Below are positions 13,230 through 26,362 of a DNA stretch of 64,000 nt, in pieces; position 1 is the stretch's first letter; each line of letters opens with the position of its first letter. The DNA comes from Mobula hypostoma (Eukaryota), in assembly GCF_963921235.1 (NCBI RefSeq), contig NC_086097.1, positions 15,252,001-15,316,000 on the forward strand, written 5' to 3'. The notes beneath the pieces were generated by a model. That model saw only the letters and a program-made list of their open reading frames with translations, was not told the origin of the DNA and ran no database searches. The translations under genes were made by a program, and so were the position numbers.

Positions 13230-13364
13230 AGCAACACGCACCAAATGCCGGAGGAACTCAGCATGTCAGGCAGCATCTATGGAAGGGAATAAATAGTTAA
13301 TGTTCCGGGCACAGATGCTCCCTGATTTGCTGAGCTCCTCCAGTATTTATCTATGCGTTGCTCA
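13230..13364. mobile_element. Fold-back pair of Penelope-like terminal repeats
   Basis: GAGCAAC...GGAGGAACTCAGCA...AGCATCT followed by AGATGCT...TGCTGAGCTCCTCC...GTTGCTC. Confidence 0.75.
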
Positions 13365-14799
13365 AGGATTCGAGATTGTTTAATGTCATTTCCTGTACAC
13401 AAGTGTAAAGAGAATGAAATAATTGTTAGCAACACACATAATAATTGTGACTCTGGATTTGATGCAGCACAAACAAAAACACAACAGATGAAGAACACAA
13501 CATATAAAAAAACACACACAATAAATCTATTTCCAGCCTCTGCAGAATCTCTTGTACCTAATACACGAGTCTTGTTTGATTACGCTGACGATTCACAGGT
13601 TTAACACCCTGCTGTCGGAAGCAGAGTGTCAATCTCAGTCCGAGTGTGGCTGCAGGGCACAATGGGAAAAGTGTGGGAACTCCACATTCGCAACCCAGGA
13701 GCCATGAGTTTGTCAGGAACTGGGCAGTCTGACTCTCCCCTTCCTGCCACTGATCTAATGGTTTGATCAGGAAATCTTTTCAAGTTGGAGCAACCTTGAT
13801 CAGGATAGTGTGATAAGTTTGTGTGGAAGAGAACAATGGGAACAGCCGCGAATACCATTCATTCCAAAGTCTCTTATCAGACACGCTGAAAATCCATTAC
13901 CTCAAAACCGCCCATTTCCTCAGCACTGGGTTAACGAACACCTTTGCTCAGCAGAACCCCTTTTTACAGACTTTACAATGCACCCGCGACTTTTATGTTC
14001 ATGAGCAACAAATAAGTGGGGGAGGGGGAGTCTCTGACCTTAAAGGTCCTGGGTGTCAACATCTCTGAGCATTTACCCTGGGCCCAATACTATTGATGCG
14101 GCTTAATAGAAGGCACAACAGTGGCTATATTTTATTAGGAGTTCGAGGAGATTTGGTATGTCGCCAAAGACAACAAGTTTCACAACATATGCCAACGATA
14201 TTAAACCCGATTCTGATTCTGATCCTGAAAATGTTGACTGGTGAGGCAAAATCTGTGAAATCAGATTTAAGGTATTTCATTCGAATTACAGCCTAAAACA
14301 TCAATCCGATTTCGCTTTCCACGGATGCCACCTGATTATTTCCAACATTTGTTTCAGATTTCCTGCGTTTGTAATTTGCATTTTTATGCAGTTTAGATGG
14401 TTCAGCACAGACTAGATGGGCCGAAGGGCCTGTTAATGTGCTGTACTTTTCTATGACTAAGGGCAAGCAGGTTCATGTCAATGACGTGCAAGCTTCAATA
14501 AAAGCATCATTACGCAGTGCAAAGTAAATTTATTATCAAAGTACATATATGTCACCCCTGAGATACATTTTCTTGCTGGCATACTCCATAATAGCATACT
14601 AGTTACTGTTCATTACATTGGATAAAGTCCCTTGTCTCCTAAACAAAGACTGAGTGGAGACCAGCCATTATCTCTGTGAAGTGGCAAGTGTTCTGATCAT
14701 TTAGTCCTCCAAGATCAAGGTAAGTAAGTGCATTTTCTATCATGGAGGCACACCATCTAGTTTGCAGGATCAGTGTACAAGTACATCATGTCAGCCCAC

Positions 14800-15078
14800 T
14801 TCTTATCACTGCCATCAACCCCCCACCTTCTTATTCTGGCTTTTCCCATTTCCTTTCCAGTCCTGAGAAAGGTCTCGGCCCAAAACATCAAATGTTTGCA
14901 ACACACACAAAATGCTGGAGGAACTCAGCAGGCCAGGCAGCGTCTATGGAAAAAGATTAAGTCAACGTTTCAGGCTGAGACCCTTCAGCAGGACTGGAGA
15001 GAAAAAGGTCTTCAAATGTTTATTCATTTCCATAGATGCTGCCTGGCCTGCTCAGTTTCTCCAGCATTTTGGGTGTGC
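14800..15078. mobile_element. Cluster of Penelope-like terminal repeats in both orientations
   Basis: Plus-strand CAGTCCTGAGAAAGGTCTCGGCCCAAAAC is interrupted by a minus copy (14898-15000) and resumes at TTTATTCATTTCCATAGATGCTGCC. Confidence 0.75.
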
Positions 15079-15334
15079 TTATCAGGAAGGAGGCACAGAA
15101 GCCTGGAGACACACACTCAATGTTGCAGGAATAGCTTCTTTACCTCCAACATCAAATGACTGAATGGTCCAAGTACCCATGAACACCACCACTCTTTTCG
15201 CACTATTTGTTTATTTATTTTTGTGTTTCTTATTCTAACCTAGAGTAATTTTTTTTGTATTGCACTCTACCGCTGCCACGAAACCACACATTTCATGACA
15301 TATGCCAGTAATAATAAATCTGATGACCTGGTGT

Positions 15335-15787
15335 TTGGATGATTTAAACACTGGCCCAGATAGACTGGAAAGGGAGGATGTTGGGACTGGAGATGAGGGT
15401 CGGGCCGATTTTGTTCGCTCTCCCATGATGTTCACTCCTCTCTCCACAGCGCTGAGACTGTGTGAGACTGCTCCAGCTGCCACGGGCTTCATGTCTGCGA
15501 GCTTTACGGCAATTTGTCCCGCTGTGTGATTAACTGAGACTGAGGCTTTGGGCCTGCTCCACCTGCTCCAGGGATTCAGGTCTATGAACTCAATTCCCTT
15601 TGGAATGCTGTTTCTTGCTTCTATTGTTTGCATGATTTGTGTTTTTTTTTCCTTTTTCTCTGTGTGATGGGGGGTTGGTCTCTCTTTGATGAGCTCTTTT
15701 GGGTTTCTTGCTTCATGGCTGTCTGTAAGCAGATGACTCTCAAGGTTGTATAATTTACACATACTTTGATAATAAATGTACTTTGAA
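15335..15787 (+). mobile_element. LINE 3'-UTR-type repeat (L2/Rex1-like tail); relatives at 18000-18560, 34060-34420 and 39885-40080
   Basis: Shared tail TGGCTGTCTGTAAG...CTCAAGGTTGTATA...CATACTTTGATAATAAATGTACTTTGAA. Confidence 0.65.
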
Positions 15788-15877
15788 TCCCTTGATTCTG
15801 ATATGTTAGCTCAGCAAACTGAAGATAAATATTGTAATTCAGCTGCACCGAATGTTCATGCATCTTACTGGCTGAAG

Positions 15878-16375
15878 ATTTTGGAGTACTGTGTTCAATT
15901 CTGGTCACCGCATTACAGGAAGGATGTGGATGCTATAGAGAGAGTGCAGAGGAGACTTACAAGGATGTTGCCTGGATTCGGGAGCATGCCTTATGAGAAT
16001 AGGTTGAGTGAACTTGGCCTTTTTTCCTTGGAGCGACAGAGGATGAGAGGTGACCTGATAGAGGTGTATAAGGTGATGAGAGGCATTGATCGTGAGGATA
16101 GCAAACGAGGGAGCATAGTTTTAAGGTGCTTGGAAGTAGGTACAAGAGGGATGTCAGAGGTAAGTTTTTCACACTGAATGATGGATGTGTGTGATGCACT
16201 GCCAGTGACAGAGGTAGCGGTGGATACAATAGGGTCTTTTAGATAGGCACATGGAGCTTAGAAAAATAGAGGGATATGCGCTAGAGAAATTTTAGGCAGT
16301 TTCTAGAGTAGGTTACATGGTCGGCACAACATTGTGGGCCGAAAGACCTGTAATGTGCCGTAGATTCTCTATGTT
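15878..16375 (+). mobile_element. CR1 LINE 3' fragment
   Basis: LEYCVQFWSPHYRKDVDAIERVQRRLTRMLPG...RMRGDLIEVYKVMRGIDR, then the CR1 tail. Confidence 0.95.
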
Positions 16376-19300
16376 CGAACCAAAATTAACCAATTTTGCC
16401 TAAAGCAAAAAAAAGAAAAAAAACTAGACCACACCTAGGCTATAAACCATAATGTTCAAGCATATACAGTGTTGGCTCACCTCAAAATGGAAACATGTCC
16501 TTACGAAATTCACAAATCATTACCAAAAAGAAAGGAACAATATTTACTTGAAAAGACTTTCAAGTAGTTTTACAGAAGAGTGGGATTTGCATAGATAGGT
16601 GCCCAATGTGGTGGGCCAAGGAGCATGTATTTGCACGATATGACTCTATGTGTCAGCAGCATTGCGACGAAAAGGAACAGGATGCAGCAGAGAAAAGGAA
16701 TGGAATTAAACTAGAAGCTGTACTCTGCAGCAACATTTCAGCAGATGAGGGGGAGCTACACATTAGATGAGATTTATTCATAGTACAGATTTATTTACCT
16801 CTGAACAGCATTACTCCCTCTCAATGCAAAGGGCTTTAGTGAATCTTCCATTATTTATATCTTTCATCCAGTAATTGCTCCATCGTGCAGTCTTTTTATT
16901 TGAGTTTCTTCTCTGTTACTTGATAGAAAAAACATCATTTCCACTATCTGGATTATAATTACATTCATTCCAGAGTACCATCTGTTTGGCAATACACAAG
17001 TTTGCACCAACTTCTAGTATCCCACAGTGGAAGAGGGAGACAGGAGACAGTAAGGGAGATAATGGAGAAACAGTGTGCAAGACACGCTCTTCACTGTTTC
17101 TTGATACTCGTGATAATAATAAACCAATAACAATACAATAATGGAAACTCCATTTTGAATGCAATACAGGTGTTGCCTAATAGACAGTTGGTTTTTGAGG
17201 TTAGCTGCTATTTATTCTGCAAGTCTCTTGGGTTATGACTAATTGCCCATCAGGTGGCTTCAAGCTGGACCTTCGAGCCCTAGCACTGATTTAGACAAAC
17301 CCCCTCTAACTCTTCTTGCGAGAGACAATGACGGGAGCTGGGAAAAGGTCACAATCTTGGATTCCAAGATTTATGGAGACAATAATTCTCCTCCAAAAGC
17401 CATTGCAATTCATCCTGCTAGGATGGCATTTTGGACATTTACCCAATCTGATCTCTGACTCCCTTGTCTCTCGATTAGCTTTGCTACAGCATTTCTCCAT
17501 TGGCTGGCCTGACATATCCATCTCCATCTGCCACAAAAGTGCAAAGCATTAATCAGTTTTTTTTAAAAAAGCAATTTACACTATTTGGCTGGAACCACAG
17601 GAAACAAATTGGTGAATGATACAAAGCGTGATGACAGAAAGAAATATGGATGTAAATATTTTACACTTTGGCAACGTATCATTAGAAATTCGATTCTGGC
17701 ATTAGAACGGCACACAGTGTGGATGTTCTAATTAGAAGTCCGAGCATCAAGTGACTTGGTGGAATGTAAATACGAAAATGTTGTAAACACGCAGCGTCTG
17801 TAATGAACCACAAAGAGGGAGGCTGAGTTAGCACCTCATTAGAATGCTATGCCATGAGAGTACGTTTTTCTGTTTCGAAGTCCTGAGAGTCTGGAATTGA
17901 AAGATGCCTGTGAACAAGGGCGACATCCTCCTCACAGAACTATGACTTTCACCTCTTCTTCTTTTGAATGTGGTTCTGCTGCTGTCGGAGCCCGTGGTCT
18001 ATATTTTGAAGGTGTCTTTTCGGGCTGATTGAGTGATCTGTGAGGAAGTGGGCTGGCTTGAGGATAAGACCCTGGAGACAGGGTGCAAGCCCATCACCGA
18101 CTCCATTTCTCACCTGTCTCGCCGACTGAAGCATCGAGGAAGATTGAAATCATCAAGGAGAGAGCAGAGGTCGAATAGGTGTTCAATGGTGTCTCACTCG
18201 CTGCGTCTGGAGGAAGGTCCCTGCATTTGAATGGTCTCTCTCTCCCTCTCACTGGATGCTGCCAGAGGATGGTGCTAGAGTCCTGGGTCTTGGGCAAGGT
18301 TTAATCAACACGATTTGTGGATTGGACTTAGTAGTTCACATTATGATGCCTGCCTGCACTCTTCCAATTTTCTGTTTTATATTCTGTGATTCCTGTTCGT
18401 TTTTTTTGCCATTTGTGCAATTTGGTTTTTTTTTCACATGGGGGGGAAGGTTGATTGGTTTTCTTTGAATGTGCTCCATGGTTTTCTTGGTTTTGTGGCT
18501 GTCTGTGGAAAGACAAATCTCAGGGTTGTCTGCTGCATATATACTTGGAATATTTGAATTGGGATGCCAGTGGTGGGGCCTGCAGTGACAGCATAAAGAT
18601 GCAGCTGGTCGAGCCACTCTCTCCCAACTCCAGAAGCCTAGGTTCAGTCTCGACTGACGTCTGTCTGTGTGGAGTTTGCATGTTATCACCATGAATGCAC
18701 CTTCCTCTCACGTCTTCCACATGTACCGGTCAGCTGGTAAGTTGGACACTATAAATTATTCCTGGTGCGCAGTTGAATGTAGAATTGGGAGAGAATTGAC
18801 AGAAGTACAAGGAGAATAAAATGAGCTGATTAGAAAAGGGTGCTTGGTGATTGGCATGCACTCCGTGGACCAAATGGCCTGCTGATGTGCTGTATCTCTC
18901 TACGACCAGTAGTTCCTGTTTTCATTTCAGGCTTAAAGAACGTGCAACAAACAGTCTGCTGGAGAAACTTAACCGGTCGAGCAGCATTTGTGAGGGGAAA
19001 GGAATCGTCGACATTTCTGTGCACACCCTGCATCAACACTATGTAAAGTCTCCTCTGTCTCTTTAAAATATATTGTCTCCTTCATTTCCTTCTATCACTA
19101 TCTCTGCTTGGGCATGAATTCCGAGTAGGTTTCTGTGTTTGGATGGTGTTGTTGACATTCCAGTGCCGTATAGGAACCGTAGCAATTAAGCTTGTTACGG
19201 GACATCAACTGAACTCTTTTCTTGTTAGTCACGGGTGCTCTGAGACATGGTTATCTCCTCCTCCTGAGTGAAGATGGTGCGTTTCATGTGCGGTATCAGA

Positions 19301-20224
19301 TCAATTGCGAGAACGTGGCCACTTGATAGCCGGGTGAATCGATAGAGTCTCCGAAGCGCAGTGAACTCTCTCGTTTGGCCGTGGGCTTTGGAGTGCACAT
19401 GTCTTTTGTCATGTTCGTTACTCCCACATGGTAAGTTGCCCAGCAAGCACCATTGCTAACGTGACTCAGTAAAATAAACATTTGTAACACATGTAATATA
19501 TGTAACACTTCTGTCCCGGTACTGTGGGTTTAAGGCTGTCTGCAGTGGCCAGAGTTTGCCTCAGCCAGGATGCTGGGTTACTGGAGGGATTCAGTACTCC
19601 AGTGTAGTCTGGCCTCTGCACGCTCCAAGCAAGGAGACCTGGAAAGCTCCAGGCCATTGTGGATGCTCCTTCTCCATTTCTCCAGTCTCGGGTCAGAGAT
19701 TCCTACGATTCATTGAGGCTACAGCTTTCCACCCTGCCCCCAAAGAGGCTCAGAAAACAACCTTGAAGTGTTGCTTCCCCATATGGCTCCATCTGCCCTT
19801 CACCTCCCCCTTAAATAGTTTCAACGATAGACCATAGGAACAGAATTTGACCATTCGCCATTTGGGCCATTTTCTTTCAAATGTGGTTTTGCTGCTGTTG
19901 GAGCCTGTAATCTACATTTTGATGGTGTGCTTTTGGGCCAATTGAGCAACCTGGCATTTTGCACTTTCCCAGGGAGGTCTGAGAGGAAGTGTGCAGCCTC
20001 GACTCTAAGAAGCCTGAAGACAAGGTGCGAGCCCATCATCAAAGCCATTCCTCACCGGTCTCACTGATTGAAGCATCAAGGAAGATTGACATCATCGAGG
20101 CGAGAGCGGAAGGCAAATAGGTTCCCTCTGAACCCTATTCTCCTGTCTTTTACTAATCAAGAACCATGCTAGTTTGAAGAAATCACTATCCAATTACCAT
20201 TAGAACACCAGAGGACCCAACGCA

Positions 20225-20540
20225 CTTTGCATCAATCCCGACTACTGCTACAATCCTGACTGCATTTCCGAAAACCTGATCACATGGCTGTTCTCCTCAA
20301 ACCTGCAGAAAGAGAATGGCACTAGAGTCAAGCTCAACAGGGAGGTGACGACAGGAGGCAGAGGAGTGGCTCTGGGATTGCTTCGTCTGCGGACTGGGCC
20401 ATGCTCAAGGACTCATTAGAGGATCTGAGTGAATACGCCGGGGTGTCATGGACTGTATAAAAACACTCGTGGGTAAGTGTGTCCCCACAAAATCATTCAG
20501 TTTTCCCCAACCAGAAGCCCTGGATGAACCAAAGATCTGT
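20225..20540 (+). mobile_element. Decayed Rex1/L2-like LINE ORF2 fragment (between endonuclease and RT)
   Basis: Remnants DCFVCGL/ADW...DLSEYAG...KCVPTKS.SFPNQKPWMN (the NQKPW motif is typical of this clade). Confidence 0.6.
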
Positions 20541-21226
20541 ACTCTGCAGATTCACCACCTCCTTCACCTCTGGCTAAAGGAGTTCCTCTTTATCTCTGCT
20601 CTAAAGGGACATTCCATCATCACCTTCCTTACCTATCAGATTCCAACATTGTGGTCATTATGCCCCCCTCACTGCCTTCCTGTCTCTGTCTGCACCCTCA
20701 CCCTCACCCCCACATCTCTTTTCTCTTGCATCCTTCCACCTATCATACACTTGCCTCTGTCTCCCAATTCCACCTCTCCACCTCACCCAAATGGCTCCAC
20801 TTGCCAGACATCCTTCACCCCTCCTCAGTCTACCTATCACATTCCGGACCCTATCTCTCCTCTCTCTTTCTCTTCTCCCTCCACTCTCAGTCCTGATGCA
20901 AGGTCTCAAGCCAAACCATCAATGATTCCTCTCATGTCCACACAAGCTGTTCAATTTACTGAGTTCCTTTGCTAAGTTTTCCTTCTAATCTCTAGCTGTG
21001 GCAGAGTTTGAGGTGTGGATCCTACCTTGAGTCCAGTATCAGGTGTATAGATGACTCAGCCTGTATACTGGAGACCATTTACCTATCTGAAAGACAGAAC
21101 CATAGAACAGCACAGAAAACAGGCTATTCGGCCCTTCTAGTCTAATGAGAGAGCAGCACTCCCCCAGCAATACTGCAATGTACCTATCTAGGCTTTATAT
21201 AACACCAAGAAAGAATTAGGCCATCA

Positions 21227-21345
21227 ATGGAAAAGAGTACAGTTGACGTTTCAGGCCGAGACCCTTCGGCCCAAACCGTCGGCTGTACTCTTTTCCATAG
21301 ATGCTGCCAGGTCTGCTGAGTTCCTCCAGTATTTTGCGTGTGCTA
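21227..21345. mobile_element. Fold-back Penelope-like terminal repeat
   Basis: ATGGAAAAGAGTACAG...GGCCGA gaccct TCGGCC...CTGTACTCTTTTCCAT inverted repeat (21227-21298). Confidence 0.85.
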
Positions 21346-21346
21346 C

Positions 21347-21627
21347 TTATTTTATTTATTGAGATACAGCGTGGAATAGGCCCTTCTGGCTCTTCAAGCC
21401 ACATCACCCAGCAACCCCCGATTTAACCCTAGCCAAATCATGGGACAATTTACAATGACCAATTAACCTACAAACCGGTACATCTTTGGGAGGTGGGAGG
21501 AAAGCGGAGCAAACCCATGCGGTTACGGGGAGAACATACAAACTCCTTACAGGCAGCGACGGGAAATGAACCCAGGTGGCTTGTTACTCTAAAGCGTTGT
21601 GCTAACCACTACACCACTGTGCCGCCC
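21347..21627 (-). mobile_element. Full-length tRNA-derived V-type SINE
   Basis: Minus strand has A box (GGTGTAGTGGTTAGC), B box (GGTTCATTTCCC), TGTAAGGAGTTTGTATGTTCTCCCCG core and (AATA)n tail. Further copies at about 22858-23085(+), 24838-25040(-), 27530-27772(+), 34720-34922(-), 38277-38500(-), 49288-49587(-) and 52296-52568(-). Confidence 0.85.
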
Positions 21628-22217
21628 AAAGCTCCCTCTAATTTGTTGTGTAAAATTTAAATGCAACTTTAAATAGAATGCGATTATAAATTTGAAACAA
21701 CAGCACGTGCTCTTTAACTAGGATGAAAGAGGGCAGCATCAGTATGATGAAGACAGCTTGCTCAAGAAATGCTCATTCTTGCACCGTCAGGCTCTCTACC
21801 ACATTCAAGCTGAGAATTTAAATGCCTGTGGTAGGCTCTTTCACAATTTAATCCTCCAAAACAACATGTGATTAGGGAGCAGTTGGCTGGGAACAGGCTG
21901 ATGCGCTGAGCACAGTGTTTGGATTCATAATAAGTACAGTCTCTCATTCGACATTGCTGCAGTTCAGCTAATGCCTGTGGGATCGGAAGGAGAGAGAAAT
22001 GCACAAAACATAAAAACAAATACCATAATTAGCAAAGATTGAGAAACTGAATCAGGATCAGAATCAGGGTTAATATCACTGGCAGATGTCATGAAAAATG
22101 TTATTTCAGCAGCAATACAATGCAATATATAATAAAAAAAAACCTTTGAAGTTTTAGGGGCAGAGAAAATGTGCCTTCATAATTTGTACTATGGTCCCTA
22201 TTAACCTTACTGAACAT

Positions 22218-22255
22218 CAGTCCTGATGAAGGGTCTCGGCCCGAAACGTCAACTG
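22218..22255 (+). ncRNA. Minimal type I hammerhead ribozyme motif in a Penelope-like terminal repeat
   Basis: CAGTC-CTGATGA-A-GGGT(CTCG)GCCC-GAAA-CGTC-AACTG: conserved CUGANGA and GAAA boxes, helix II, GUC cleavage triplet and helix I arms. Confidence 0.7.
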
Positions 22256-23989
22256 TTCACTCTTTTCCATAGATGCTGCCCGGCTGTGGAGCTCGTCCAG
22301 TATCTGTGTGCGTTGACCTGAACTTCATTACTCACCCACACCTCCAGACCCCAACCGCCACTACTTCATCATTTCATGTCAGTTACCTTATGTACAGTCA
22401 CTCCCGTGCCTAGCGTCACTTTGTGGACATGCAATCAATGTGTATAAGCCATCTTATGTATTTATATTTATTGTGCTTTTTATTGTTATATTCTTTATCT
22501 TACTGTGTTTTTTTTTGTGCTGCATCAAGTTGAGAGTAACAATTATTTTGTTCTCCTTTACACTTTAGTACTGGAAATGACATCAAACAATCTTGAATCT
22601 TGAACCTTATGGTTGACCACCTCAGGGTCTATCAATGATCATAGAATTTGCAGAAACATACATTGAGCCCACTATGCTTCTAAGCCTCTAGTGGTCAGGA
22701 ACTTGCTTCAGACACCCTGGAGTCCCAGTAATACTCCTAGGTTATTGGAGACTCCCCCATGTCAAATGCAGATGCTTCCCAATGACGCCACATGGAATTT
22801 AGCCTCACTAGGGATCTAATCATCAGCAAAAAGCAGTTTACAAAGACAGAGTATCGGGCGCCACGCCATGGAAGGGTAGCTGTAAGCACAACATTATTAC
22901 AGCTCAGAGTGTTGGAGTTCAGAGTTCAATTCCAGCGTCCTCTGTAAGGAGTTTGTACTTCCCCCCTGTTAACGTGGAAGTTTCCTCCGGGTGCTTCAAT
23001 TTCTTCTCACATGCCATAGACGTACCATTTAGTACGTTACTTGGTCATTGTAAGTTGTCCTGTGATTAGGCCAGGGTTAAATACGCCAGAATCAGAATCA
23101 GGTTTAATATCACCGGCATACTGTATGTCATGAAATGTGGTGGGTTGCCGAGCGACGTGAATCATTGTGCTAGATGGACCTGTTCCATACTGTATCTCTA
23201 AGTAAACATAAATAAAAATAAAAAAGTTCCAACCCAAAAAGAGTGAGGACAAACAGCTAGTTTGTCCAAGTAAAAATATTTTGACATGCGGTGCATCAGA
23301 AGGTATCACACTTGCCATCACAAAGCAACATAAGAGTTTCTGTTGTCATTCTGAGATACTGTGCTCCCTCCTTTATGCACAAAATAACTTTATATGATTC
23401 AATAGTTTAACATAGTAGGGATTGATTCTTTGGGTGGGGGGAAGAGAGGTGTCAATAAAATATGTATGCTTAAGATTAGTAAAAAGCAAGAATAATAGCA
23501 GATCATGAGCAAAGTTCAGCTGCAACCAGAAGGTGAAATATTCCAGACACATTGTAGTGTTGGTGCCTCATCGAATGGGAATGTCAGCTTTAATAAAACA
23601 ACCTGTCTGCTACCATTCACGTGCATACTTCAACACTCTGTGCACAAAGCATGTTACACAAATTAGCTTCAAGCATTTCCAATTTTCAGATAGCCCCTTT
23701 AAAAAGCAAAAATAGCTACTTATGATAAATGAAAATTTAAAAAAACTACAGATGAAGATGTGGAATGTTAACTCTTTTGATGTCACATGACCTACTGAAT
23801 GTTCCACAATTTCTGTCTTCAAACCTTTCCTTAGACATGACCTTTCCGGCACCATGGGTGATCTTGCTGCTCCCTACGAAATAAATGGGCTCTGGAATGT
23901 GCAGGGGATGTGAAAGGCATAAATTAAATGCATAAGGAAGAGCAAGATGCTATAGTCATGTGTAAAAATAACCCCTTATAGCAGTGGGG

Positions 23990-24580
23990 TAATACATGCA
24001 AAATGCTGGAGGAACTCAGCAGGTCACGCAGCATCTAAGGAAATAACAAGCATTCGACAATTCAGGCCAAGACCCTTCATCAGAACTGGAAAAGGAAGGG
24101 TGAGGGAGCCAGATTAAGGTAGGGGGAGGAGGGAATGAGGACAAGGCAGAAGGTGGCAGGTGAAAGCAGGTGAGGAGGAAAGTAAGCGGGTGGGGGCAAG
24201 AGTACGAAGTGAGAAGCTGTGAGGTGGGAGGTGGAAAAGGTATACAGCTGAAGAGGACAGAATCTGATGGGGGAGCAGAATGGACCATGGGAGAAAAGGA
24301 AGAAGGAGGGGCACCGGGGGAGGTTATAGGCAGGTGAAGAGAAACTAAGAGGTAAGAGGGGAGGCAGAGTTGGGAATAGAAGAGTGGGAAAATTTACTGG
24401 AAGTTAGAGAAATCAATGTTCATTCATTGGGTTGGAGGCTATGCAGACAAAATACAAGGTGTTGTTCCTCTGAGCTGAGAGTGACCTCGTGGCAGAAGAG
24501 GAGGCCATAGACCGACGCATCAGATTGAGAACAGGGATTGGAATTAAAATGGTTGGTCACCAGGAAATCCTGTTTGTTGC
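23990..24580 (-). mobile_element. Penelope-like element 3' fragment (GIY-YIG C-terminus, UTR, terminal repeat)
   Basis: Minus ORF end DFLVTNHFNSNPCSQSDASVYGLLFCHEVTLSSEEQHLVFCLHSLQPN, homologous to 54281-54556. Confidence 0.85.
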
Positions 24581-24604
24581 AGAATTGCTCAATTGGATAT
24601 CTCA

Positions 24605-24820
24605 CCACATGTACTCCAGAACCAAGATCATTCCAACCTCGACAAGCAAGCTGCAGCACACGGATGACAAATACATCTGATGAACTTGAAGGCTGAGCCA
24701 AGTCATCCACTGAAGCAGACAAGACGATGGGCCTGATGCTCAACACCAACAAAACAAAAACTCCTCTGTTGTACACCAATGAAGACTGGAAAATGTGAAC
24801 CACTTCCCATAGCTCGTACA
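24605..24820 (+). mobile_element. Decayed RTE reverse transcriptase fragment
   Basis: KLQHTDD (cf. ELQYADD), MGLMLNTNKTK and LENVNHFP. Confidence 0.65.
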
Positions 24821-25804
24821 TTCAAGAACACAATATTTTATTATTTTTATTTCTTTAGAGTTACAGCACAGTAACAGTCTAACAAGTCTGCGTCACCCGA
24901 TTACATCCATGTGACTGTGGGAGGAAACCCACGCGGTCACGGTGAGAACGGACTAACTCCTTACAGGCAGTGGCGGGAATCGAACCTGGGTCACTGGCAC
25001 TGCAAAGTAACACACTTATGGCCGCTCTACTATTCTGCAGCACTGTGAGTTGTAGGAGGATTCAAAGCAATTTTGAGGAAGTGGATGGGTGAGCAACTCC
25101 ACAGATGATACATGGATGGTAGGAATATGGAGGGCTATGGTCCCTGTGCAGGTCGATATGAGTAGGCAGTTCAAGGGATTTCAGCATGGACTAAATGGGC
25201 CAAATGGCCTGTTTCTGTGCTCTACTCCCCCATGAATCTATTACTAACTAGATGGCCGATGAAATGTAGCATGCGTTAATGTGAAATGATTCATTCTACA
25301 GAAAAATCAGAAACACATGGTATTATTGACATAATGACAGATTGAGAACTGTTTTTATTCAATGGCAGATGTGTGAACTTGTATACCAGTCACTATCAGC
25401 CAACATGCAGGTACAGCAGGGATTAAGGAGAGAAATGCTGCTTGTTTTTTAGAGCATAGAATAATACAGCACAGTGTAGGCCTTCAGCTTATGATGATGT
25501 TCCAACCATTAAACCTACCCCAAGATATAACTAATCCTTCCCTCGCACATAACCCTCCACTTTTTATTCATCCATCTTCCTATCTAAGAGTCTCTTACCT
25601 GTTCCAAGTGTACCTGCGTCTGCCTACACTCCTGGCAATGAGTTCCTATACCCTCTACTCAATGTGTAAAAAAACCCATATCTGAATTCTCCCAATACCT
25701 TCCTCCAGACACCTTAAAATTATGCTTCTTCATATTAGCTGTTTCCACCTTGGGAAAAAGTCGCTTTCTGTCCACTATATCTATGCTTCTTATCATCTTA
25801 TACA

Positions 25805-26362
25805 CATTTGGTATGGGAACACCAATCCTTCAAAAAAATAGTGGATATGGCCCAGCCCATCACTATTGAGCACATCTACATGAAACGTTGTCGCAGGAAA
25901 GCAGAATCCATCATCAGGGAGACCCACCAGCAAGGACATGCTCTCTTCCCACAGCTGTCATCAGGAAGAAGGTGCAGGAGAATCAGGACTCACACCATCA
26001 GATTTGGGAATTGTTATTACCCCTCAAACCATCAGGCTCTTGAACCAAAAGGGGATAACTTCACTCAACTTCACTTGCCCAATCATTGAGATGTTCCCCC
26101 AACCTATAAACTCACTTACAAGGATTCTTCATCTCATATTATCGATAGTATTGCTTATTTATTTGTTATTCTTTTTCTTTCTTTTTATATTTGAACAGTT
26201 TGTTGTGTTTTGCACGCTGGTTGAATGCCCAGGTTGGTGAAGTCTTTCATTGATTCTATTATGGTTATTATTCTACTGTGGATTTATTGGGTATGTTCGC
26301 AAGGGGATAACTCTCAGGGTTGTATATGGTGGCATGTTAATAACAAATTTACTTTGAACTTG
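25805..26362 (+). mobile_element. Rex1/L2-like LINE 3' end
   Basis: IEHIYMKRCRRKAESIIRETHQQGHALFPQLSSGRRCRRIRTHTIRFGNCYYP, then a UTR ending AAATTTACTTTGAACTT. It sits inside a minus-strand CR1 (about 25455-26545). Confidence 0.8.

Noticed and set aside
21722..21871. Open stretch DERGQHQYDEDSLLKKCSFLHRQ... after an AG
   Set aside because: Weak splice signals, no homology recognised, and a length compatible with chance.
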